Part shown: positions 1 to 9,389 of the stretch, piece after piece
Numbering within the stretch: position 1 is the first letter of the stretch
How the letters are laid out: the number at the start of each line of letters is the position of its first letter
Assembly (NCBI RefSeq): GCF_000143415.4
Contig: NW_003314338.1
Span: 769,995 to 833,994 of the forward strand
DNA: 64,000 bases
DNA from: Selaginella moellendorffii
Lineage: Eukaryota > Plantae > Lycopodiophyta
Direction of reading: 5' to 3'
Notes under the pieces: model-generated
What the model was told of the DNA's origin: nothing
Seen by the model: the letters and a program-made list of their open reading frames with translations, nothing else
Databases searched by the model: none
Translations under genes and position numbers: made by a program

Positions 1-1969
1 AGTACTCGAGATTTTTGTGATCCGTCCAGATTGTTGTTTGATGGCTCGCCCCCTCCAAGAAACGATGCCACTCTCCAAAGGAATCCACGATGGCAAGGAG
101 CTCCTTGTCGTGGATTTCGTAATTGATCTCCGCAGGCTGGAATTTCCGAGAATGGAAAGCGACTGGATGAAGTTTGTGATCCGCTCCAAGTTGAGACAGC
201 ACAGCACCAATGGCAAAGTCGGAGGCATCAGCCTCGATGAAGAAAGGTTGTGAGGAATCAGCATGGATCAAGACAGGAGCAGAACTGAAGGCCGCCTTGA
301 GTGTGTCGAAGGCCTGCTGGGCAGCAGCAGACCAAGAGAAGGGAACATCCTTGCGAGTGAGATGTGTGAGAGGAAGGACAATGTCAGAGTAGTGATCAAT
401 GAATTTGCGGTAGAAGTTGGCGAAGCCAAGGAAAACCTGAACGTCCGACATTGATTGTGGAGGCTCCCATTCGAGAATAGTCTTGACTTTGGCAAGATCC
501 ATCGTGATACCCTCAGGAGTGACAATGTACCCAAGGAACTCCACAGACTGCTGATCAAAGGAACATTTCTCAAGCTTCGCGTATAGGCCGTGTTCTCGCA
601 GCTTCGCTAGCACCTTGCGTACATGTTCGTCATGCTCCTCCTGAGTTTTTGAGTAGATGAGGATGTCATCGAGGTAGACGATCACCATCTGATCAAGAAA
701 CTCCTGAAAGACGTCCTTTGCCATGTGTTGGAAAACTGCTGGAGCATTTGTCAAGCCAAATGGCATGACAGTGTACTCGAAGTGGCCATAGCGGGTTCGG
801 AACGCAGTCTTCCATTCATCACCAGGCCGGATCCGGATCAGGTTGTATGCTCCACGGAGGTCGATCTTGGTGAAGAAGCGGGCACCGCCGAGACGTTCCA
901 ACAGGTCCGAGATCGGGGGCAGCGGATAACGGTTCCGAACAGTCACCTTGTTCAAACCTCGGTAGTCGATGACTAGCCGCAAGCTCCCATCCTTCTTCTT
1001 GACAAAGAAGACAGGCGCTCCAGCCGGGGACTGCGAATGCTGAATGTAGCCTGAGGCAAGGTTCTCATCCACGTACTCTTTGAGGGCCTTAAGCTCGGAC
1101 AGGGATAACCCGTAGATAGGCCCCCACGGAGGTGACGCTCCTTCCTGTAAATCAATGGGACAATCATAAGGCCGATGAACAGGCAGTACACTAGCTTTTT
1201 TCTTGTCAAACACATCCCCAAAATCATGATACTTCTCAGGAAGACTGACAGGAAAAACATGCAAAGCAAAAAGAAAAAGAGGTTCTTCATGAAGGAGTTC
1301 TTTCATAGTGATTGTGGAGATAGGAGGAGGCGTACGACTAAATGGAATGATGAGACGAGGATACGGTCCAGTGTAAGATGGAAGAGAGGAAAAAGAAGAG
1401 GGTGAAAACTTTATAGAGTCAGGAACAGAACCCCGATTTGAGTTTAGGGAACTTTTCCTGATTCGGACTCGATGAACAGTAGGGGAAGCCATGGGAGAGA
1501 TGAGCTGTAATTCCTTCCAACAGATTTGAGGCTGATGTAGTTGGAACCAAGGAAGACCGAGCACCACAGAGGAGGACTTGTTGTTGATGATATTGAAGGC
1601 GATATCGGTGACGGTGGACCCGATGTGTACTCGAACGGGCAATGTTTCCCTAAGTCCAGAAGATGGAGACACAAAATGCCCGCCGATGCCTTCAACCCTC
1701 AAATCCCGTATGGTAGGAGAAAGAGGAACGTGATGTCGGGCAGCAAAGTCCGTGTCCATGAAGCAGGAAGTTGCACCCGAGTCCAGTAACGCCAGAGCCT
1801 TGAGTCCCGATTGTCCGGTGAAAGAAAGGAGACATGGGACGCGGAAGTTGTGGGAATTGGTGGTGGCTTTGATGAAAGGTGGTGAGGAGCTTGATAAAGA
1901 AGAAAAGTGATTTTTATTCGGGGAGTCCAAACAGACAGCTCCTACTCTGTTTGGACAGGGTCGTTTCCC
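1..1969 (-). CDS. pol: pol (aspartic protease, reverse transcriptase, RNase H), entered by -1 frameshift; runs off the window edge
   Basis: Manual translation in one frame from 1969 to 1: [13 protein letters not shown] (Asp codon 1783-1781), [58 protein letters not shown] (676-665), [33 protein letters not shown]. Absent from the ORF track because it has no stop inside the window. Confidence 0.93.
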
Positions 1970-2913
1970 GACTGCAATAGAGGTGGACTTTGAGGCAGAG
2001 TGAACTCGAGCAGTCGAGGAGGCTTCTTGGGACATACAACTGCTTTATGATTAGGATCAGCACAATAGAGGCAAAGATTATGAGATATTCGACGTTGCTT
2101 CTCAGCAGGACTCAACTTCCCTCTAATGAGTCGGGGAGTACCAGAAATATCCATTGGAACCGGAGCAGTAGGTTCAGGAGTATGCCCCGAAGACTCAAGC
2201 TGGGATTCCTGAGTCTGGGACGGAAAAACAGTGGCGCGGCGACTTTCCTGACGACGTTCAAAGAGACGATTGTCACATCAAACAGCTTTGTTGATGGCAT
2301 CCGATAGGTCCTTGGGATCCTCCATGGTGAGCAACAAATCCTTGACACCGTTGTTGAGGCCGAAACGAAATTGGTCAATCAGGGCCCGCTCATCCCACTG
2401 AGTGTCCAAAGCAAGGAGTTGGAACTCTGCAGCATAGATCGAGGCAGGACGAGACCCTTGAGAGAGACGTCTCATCTTTGTGGTAGCAGCCCGAACCCGA
2501 TCCGTCTCACCAAAACATGCTTCGAGCTTCTCTTTGAACAATTGAAGATCCATCAGTTCTGGAACCACGACCCCTTTCATGCTCTTCTCCAAAAGAGGAG
2601 AAAACCATGACAAAGCTGCACCTTCGAGCAACGTCCCAATCACGCCGATTTGAGACTCGAGAGTAGGGTACCGCCGATGTTGAAGTGCGAAGATCAACTC
2701 CATCTAGTTCAGGAATCCGCGAAGCTCCGAACGCTTGCCTGAAAATTTCGCCGGGAAGCTCACCTTCGGTTCAGGAACTTTGCTGGATCCTTGAGCCGAA
2801 AGTGAAGCAAGCTCCTGCTGCATGCGAAGAAGGGTCGCCTTCAGCTCGGTATTCTCAAACTGGATTTTTGCAAGGACTTCAGCAAAGAAATCAGGATGGC
2901 TTGGAGACTCCAT
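1942..2913 (-). pseudogene. gag: gag (capsid plus CCHC zinc knuckle) with two in-frame nonsense codons
   Basis: ORF pieces 2704-2964, 2278-2703 and 1942-2154 share one frame: [76 protein letters not shown]. Confidence 0.9.
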
Positions 2914-3011
2914 TGGCAAGAAGAAAGAAAAAAGGGGGAAAAAAAGGCAAAGGTAATCAAACAATCAAAGCGAGCTAAAAGAAAAGCAAAAAACAACAAT
3001 CTGAATCAAAC

Positions 3012-3398
3012 TGTCAAGACCCCCAACAAGATCAAGACTGGAAAATGCTAAAGACAAAGAGAAAAAGCTAGTGAAAACAAAGAAGAGGCCTTAGACTGGT
3101 GTTGATTCAGATTGTGGAGAAATGGAACAAGGCTAACTTATATATACTATAGGTTGATGAAGCTCCACCACTCTTGAATCGAGGACGGCCTAAATATAGC
3201 TGAGGTCGAGGAGGCGCCACATCATCATCAGGAATGTGGCTCGAGACTCAGGAATCGGGAAGTGTCTCGAGAGTCAGGAATAGGGAAGTGTCTCGAGAGT
3301 CAGGAATAGGGAAGTGTCCCGAGAGTCAGGAATGTGGTTTGCAGGTCAGGAATCCGGCGAGAGTCAAGAAATTGGCAAGAATTGGGGGATTCCTGACA
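3012..3398 (-). repeat. 5' LTR (387 bp) of the gypsy element
   Basis: Minus strand begins TGTCAGGA and ends TCTTGACA; TATA-like TATATATAAG at 3146-3137; 26-bp tandem repeats in the U3 part. Confidence 0.85.
3241..3333. repeat. 26-bp tandem repeat (about 3.5 copies) inside the LTR
   Basis: Unit TCGAGAGTCAGGAATAGGGAAGTGTC at 3241, 3267, 3293 and a partial copy at 3319. Confidence 0.95.
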
Positions 3399-3477
3399 AT
3401 TGGAAAAGAAAAATTTATGGCTTACAATTTGGTATTTTCCTCAATTCTAGCAAAGGATAAAAGTGGATTATTGAGAG

Positions 3478-4149
3478 ATGGCTAAAGTAAGGCTTAAAAG
3501 AACCAAGGTGGAGACGAAATCTCCTCCAGAGCTAGAGCCTTTAATCAAACAAGAAGCTATGGATGAAGAATCCTTACACAAAAAAAACTCCAGTGAGGAA
3601 ATTTTTAAACAAGAGTTCGGTGGTGAAGTTCGGTCATTCAAGGCTCAATTGGATGTTCTAGAAGGACAATTGGCACAAACCAATGCCTTATTGAAGACTT
3701 TCGTATGCAAGTTAAAGCATGACAAGAAGCAGAAGAAAAGACAAAAGACTACAAATGTTGACAATGTAGAAGGCGTGGACCCTTTGGTGGGGATTGAGGC
3801 AGAACTGAATAAGGTTGAACAAATCAAAGTGGAATTAATCCTTCATGTAGTTCCTAAGTACAAACTAAAGCCCCCACCAGTCTTCAAGGGAGTGAATAAT
3901 TATAAAGTGGTGGAGGATTGGTTTTACGATATGGAGGATTATTTTCAAGTTTTGCAATTATTGAGCTCAAAGAAGCTCTTATATGTAAAACTATACTTGG
4001 CAAATAATGCTAAATTTTGGTGGAGAACAACAAAGGCCAACGAAGGACTGATAGCCTCTTGGGAAATTATGAAGGTAAGGATTCGTACAATTTATATTCC
4101 TTTGAATCCTACTCTTCATCTAAGGGATGAATTGAGTAGGCTGAAGTAG
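3478..4149 (+). pseudogene. gag-like ORF of a second, older gypsy element
   Basis: KPPPVFKG...VEDWFYDMEDYF...YLANNAKFWW...SWEIMK...LRDELSRLK* resembles retrotransposon gag; it stops at TAG where CAG (LKQ) is expected; a degenerate TGGTAT primer-site-like motif lies near 3430. Confidence 0.75.
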
Positions 4150-4194
4150 ATATGAACCATTTAAGAGTATATGAATGTGTTTATGACGAAGAGG

Positions 4195-4636
4195 ATTTTT
4201 GTTATGGACATATATATATATAATGACAAAATACATGTCATTATATTACATGGTTTACAGCCAAAGGATACACTTCCCTTCCTGTGAAGGTGCTAATTTG
4301 GGAAGCTTTCTCCAAAGCTAGTGACGATCGGGACAGATACAAGGTAAAGCTTGCTTCTATCGTTTCTTCTTCTTGCTCTCTAGCTAATGCTACACTGAAA
4401 CAGGATGAAATACGGAAGCTGCAATTGCAGAAAGCGTTGCTGGAAGGGAAGATCCTAGAGTTACAAGTGCAAAAGAGAAAAACACTTGGATCTCGGGAAT
4501 GACCCGGATCCCATCCTCCACCAGATTCTAAAATATGCCGTTTTAATTGACTTTTTTCTTTCTTTTTGATTCTTTATCTGACTTTCAATTTAGATCTACT
4601 TTTGTCATTATATATATATATGTCCATAACAAAAAT
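4195..4636. repeat. 37-bp perfect inverted repeat pair bracketing about 370 bp
   Basis: 4195-4231 ATTTTTGTTATGGACA(TA)6ATGACAAAA is the exact reverse complement of 4600-4636. Confidence 0.9.
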
Positions 4637-5199
4637 ACATTTCACATGATACATTTCATGTCCTCATAGCAAGCTTACAAACTTGGGCTCGAGGCGAGGT
4701 GATGTGTTAGAACCCAACCAATTATAAGGAAGCATTAGATACAGCTATTAAGGTGTAATTGAATGATAACCTATGAAAGGGGAACACAACAAGGTCAAAG
4801 TTCACATTTAGCAAAGGAGCCAAACCAAGGAGAACATATGGCAAAGGGAAATTTAGGAAGTGTTTTTTTAAGAATGAGTCCTTAGGGTTTCGGAAAGGTA
4901 CATTTGATGGCTAGTGACCAAATACATGGGGGAGTCAAGCGAAAAGGGACAAACCCATTGATAAGAAGGTTAAGTTTGCTAGTAGCCTGGGAAACAATGT
5001 ATGCTTTAACTATGGTGAAGCAAGACACTCTTTGAGTCAATATAAAATAGAGCAAAAAAGAATTAAAAGCTAAACTCAATTTATTAACACTTGAACAAGG
5101 AGGACTAATAAAGGGAATCAACAGTATGAACCTTTGCCATTGTGGGAGTAAAAACAGAATATTTGAAAGGACTTGTTAAGATGTAACTTTTAATACCCA

Positions 5200-7300
5200 T
5201 AGTCACATTCACAATATTTATCAAGTTAAGTTTCTTATAAAAAAATTAACATATCTTCCAACAATTGATTCATGCTCTTTGTCTATCTATTTGATTGTGG
5301 ATGTTCACCATTACTCATGCTCATATTTTTATCAAATATCATTTGCCAAAATTTGGATGTGAGTTGTGATCTTGATCACTTACAATATCACTTGGCAAAC
5401 TATAAAAATTGAATAATAATTTTATAAATATTTAGATAAGTTTAGGAGTTTTAATTGTTGTTTTCACTAGAAAAATGTGAGCCATTTTTGTCAAATGATC
5501 TACAACAACCCAAATAGCATCATTTCTTCAAAAAGTCTTAAGCAATGAGATATTATCCCACTTATCTCAAGTACACATAAAGGATGATAGAGGTTAACAA
5601 ACTTTTGATGATTAATTTTGACTGCCTGGCAAATCAAATAACCACATAATTACTTTTTAACATCTAAATTCATCTAAGGCCAAAAGAAATACCTCGGATG
5701 CTTAGCACTTGGCACATCATAAAACTCAATCAAAATCTATTAAATAAGTTTGTCAACATAATAAATTACCATATGCCCTTTTTTTAGTAGAATTCCATTC
5801 AAATCTATAAAGGCATCCTTTAACAAAACTTTATGCAACCATTAGTGATAAAATAGTTAAAATTAATAAATTCTCATTTTATTGTCACCTTTATGCTTGC
5901 ATCAGATTTTAATAGACATTTCCTACAAAAACTTTGAAATATTAAAGAGAATGATGGTCTAAATCCATATGAAAGTTTGATCCATATAAAAAATATTGCT
6001 ATTCCTTTATAGTAACAATCATGGCATATAACTCTTTATCTCAAGTAGACCAATTCAAAAGGTTTTATGTAGCACATAGATAAAAAAGAATACTAATGAT
6101 TGTATATAGAACCATTAAGCTTTACAGAGTTAATACAAACTTGAGACTTTAGTTATTAAACCTTCACCATAGGAAGACGTTTAAGTTGTATCCACAATAG
6201 ATTTCACTATATTTATATTAGCATTATTTAATCCCTTTACAAGGTATTGCAAAGTAAAAAAGAGGCTATTTAGATGAACACTTTTTCAAAGGGGATAATT
6301 TTTGCCTTGATATCAAGTTTTGTGGCAATAAAAACAATTGCCCTCTACTTTGTCTTTCTCCTATTGGTCCGAACAAAATTTCTTAACTTTATTATTATTT
6401 GTATTTTGTAAGTTTAGATGCAATAGCAATTGTTTCTTCCCCAAATATAACATATTGGTTGGCTAGTCATCATGTGGATTACACTATTGACCATTCTATT
6501 GACCAAATTTGACTAAGTCGACTAGTGGTTTTAGCGAAAATATTTAATTGTAACAATTAAAGAGAATGATTTGAAAAAAATTAAATATATAGAAAAAAAA
6601 GCCTATAAATAAGAGTGCACTTAAAATACTTAAGGTTAAGCATCCTTAGGTTTTAATATTATTGGGTTGAAAAACCCAAATTCAAGAGTTTATATTGATT
6701 TTTAGTGATAGTCAATATTGTGAGAAATTCATTAAACTCAAACTAGTTTATAAGATCAACCTTTTTAAACTTCTTGATGGATGAAGCATAGGAAAAATTT
6801 TGTCAAATCACTCTAAGAAGTTGGCTCAAATTAATTTTGATGGATCTCATGAACTTCTTCAAACTTCTTGACAAACAAAGCATGAAAGCACTTTAATGTA
6901 GTTCTTCCACCATGAAAAAGTGTGAATTGTAAGCTTTGTAATAAAAAAAAGTTAATCACCTTGTCCTTATATAAGGGTTGTGGGACTAATAATCAACCTC
7001 TTAGGTATCATAAATATTTGATAACAACTTTCATTCCATGATACCATTATCATTGGCATGTGTGATGTACCAATATAATCAAATATGAGATTGATTGAAC
7101 TTTTCAGGGTCCATGCAAAACAAAAAATTCTTAATGAAATTAATGGAATTCTTAAAATCCTTAATGTCACTTTAAACCTTAGCAATTTAGCATCTTTGTC
7201 AAGCAATAATCATTATCACGAACTCTATGTCAGGATCTATATCTTTCTCTTTTGCCATCCCCAAACAAACATGCTAGGGATTTAACCCTAGGAACTTTAC
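5200..7300 (-). mobile_element. Highly degenerate AT-rich retroelement remnant
   Basis: Minus-strand relic knuckle GNCFYCHKT*YQGKNYP (about 6340-6292) followed by protease-like KSIVDT (about 6200); many stops; boundaries approximate. Confidence 0.4.
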
Positions 7301-7469
7301 TAAGGCTATATAAGATTTTTAGAATATTCTTATAGTTTGTGTTAATTTTGTGTGAAACTACAGCACACCACATTCATCTCAGACTCTCTTTCCATCCAGA
7401 TTGTGCAAAGCTAGACTGACTCTTGACTTTTCCTTTGCTTCTCTTTGGCTTGGTCAGCATGATGTGTAT

Positions 7470-8064
7470 CAGAAGTCACCTAGACTAAATGGCTGTATTT
7501 GGCAGCCTTACAACAGTATTCTTTGCACGAGCAACAAAACCATCAGCTTGTGGGACGTGTGCTCCTCACTCTACATCCAAACGTTTTATGGCCACCAAAG
7601 CTCTTGCAACCATGCAGCTTTCGACCCAAAGGTAACAGTTATAAGCTCACTTCCTGCACAGAAAAGCTATAAGCCCAGATGATTTTTGAACCTCTTTGTC
7701 TTGAAACTTCCAGGGAGAGACGGTGGTGTCTGTCGATGCAAATGGGATCGTAAGGAACTGGGACATTTGCAAAGTTGCCAGAGTACACCTCGTTGGGCCT
7801 CATCTGGCAAATAAATGTGCGATGGACAAGTGGCTACATCATCGCGATCGCAAGCAGTGACAATACCATCAAATGGTAGTGTCCTCTTTCTCTTTTCCTC
7901 CCTGGTTTCTTTCTTCCTTCTCAGTGACTCTATACGATCTGGCAGCTTCCAAACTTACGGGGAGGTGGTTCCAATTCAAGAGTTTACCAATGTCGTCCAG
8001 GTGGTGGAGTTCTATCGAGCTCTCCACCGGGAGAGATTGCACGTTTCGCATTTGGGGGCCATAG
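7470..8064 (+). pseudogene. C-terminal WD40 fragment of a PF20/SPAG16-like flagellar central-pair protein
   Basis: NGCIWQPYNSILCTSNKTISLWD...IQTFYGHQSSCNHAAFD, intron 7632-7713, ETVVSVDANGIVRNWD, terminal DCTFRIWG*; N-terminal part absent, small deletions. Confidence 0.6.
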
Positions 8065-9389
8065 CCATTTGACTTTTGGTGACTTTCTTAAAAGGCAATC
8101 ATAAAGGGAATTGACTATATAGTTGAATGGAGCACGCCAAGGGTTTTCCGCAGCTTTGGCTATGGGAAAGGACGATCTCCGTCGTCGGTGGTGGTGCAGA
8201 CAAGAATAGGGCGACACAACGATGAGAGTGGACGAGTGGGACTATTTCCTGGAGGGGACACAGGTGCATGATAGGTTCATTGCATTTGGTGTGGCGAACG
8301 GCGATGTGGAAAGGATAGAAATGAATTGCACTAAGGTCTCAAGCTTTAGAGATCATGGGGGTCCAAGGGTTGAAGTTTTCAAAACTTTGGATGATGATTT
8401 AGTGGAGGGCAAGATCAAACTTTGGGGTGTGCCAAAAAACCGCATTTTTTGAAAGCACAAAGGGGAAGCCAAAGAAAATCCGCCATGCAAATCTGAAAGT
8501 ATAAAAAAGACTAATTATGTGTAAATATATAGGAGTGGTGATCTGCCCATCATCAGAAATCTCAAGTATCTAGCCTCAATCTCAATTTCTTGTTTTCCAT
8601 GCAAGGAATCCTTGTAGGAGATATGTTTTTCCATGCAAGAAAAGTGGTGAAAAAGGATTAAAAATTGTTAAACAGCTTTGCCTTAAAAGGCAAAAAGAAC
8701 TTTCAAAAGCCAAGCCAGTTAAAAGCGAATAAATCTCCTCAAATAGATTATGGTCTTTTCCATCCTCTAACTACAGAACGTGAGAAGCTACTTTTTCTTG
8801 GTCAACATGAACACGCTCAGGTGTATCGATTTTCATCCAAAGTTGTGCCAAACCTCCTCGAGAATCAAGCCTCAAGTATTTCGTTCTTTTATATCTCGTT
8901 TCAAGAGAGGGCTTATAACCTTCACTTTGCAGGAAGTGAGATGCGTTTAGAACTTGGGAAAAACTTAAGGTACCGAGTGGATTGGTAATGATCTGGAAAG
9001 TTGCACCAATTCATCCAGCAAACAAATGGGAACTTTCATAAAAAGGTGCCAGTTTTGGGCTTTTGGGACGATGGCTCCATCTTTTGTGATGGGGAACGCG
9101 TTCTTCGACGATCTCTTGCCAGACATATACTCCATGGTCGTCGAAAGGATTGGAGGCTATGCGTGCGTCGTAATGCAGACAGGAGCTTTAAAGATTGCCA
9201 GGGTCCAAGGATCTCTGGTGATTTCCTGGAAAAAAACGCTTGATCATGGACAGGGAAGCCAAAGAAACTAGCTCAAAGGTTATGACTATGCTTTTATTTT
9301 ATTATACTTTATGAGATTCATTTTGTTGTTCAAAAGCGATTAGATTGCCTGCTTTGAAACTATGTGTTTTTTTTTTAATCTTTGTATAT

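Larger units (their letters stand above)
1..3398 (-). mobile_element. Ty3/gypsy LTR retrotransposon of Tf1/sushi (chromovirus-like) type; 5' LTR, gag and PR-RT-RNase H visible, integrase end lies outside the window
   Basis: LTR 3012-3398 with TGTCA...TGACA ends; gag with CCHC knuckle; pol order PR (LLDSGA), RT (YLDD), RNase H (DAS, TDHKNL) is the gypsy order. Confidence 0.95.

Noticed and set aside
17-1800. Many short ORFs on both strands
   Set aside because: Alternative frames or antisense of the single pol frame
2704-2706. Possible programmed stop-codon readthrough in gag
   Set aside because: No CARYYA-type context, a second stop lies downstream, and a C-to-T change of a conserved Gln codon is simpler
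3241-3333. Regular short repeats resembling a CRISPR array
   Set aside because: Head-to-tail with no unique spacers, inside a eukaryotic LTR, no cas genes; the same applies to the 54-bp and 77-bp repeats
8100-9300. Short ORFs, one with an F-box-like FFDDLLPDIYSMVVERI
   Set aside because: Too short and fragmentary to support a gene call
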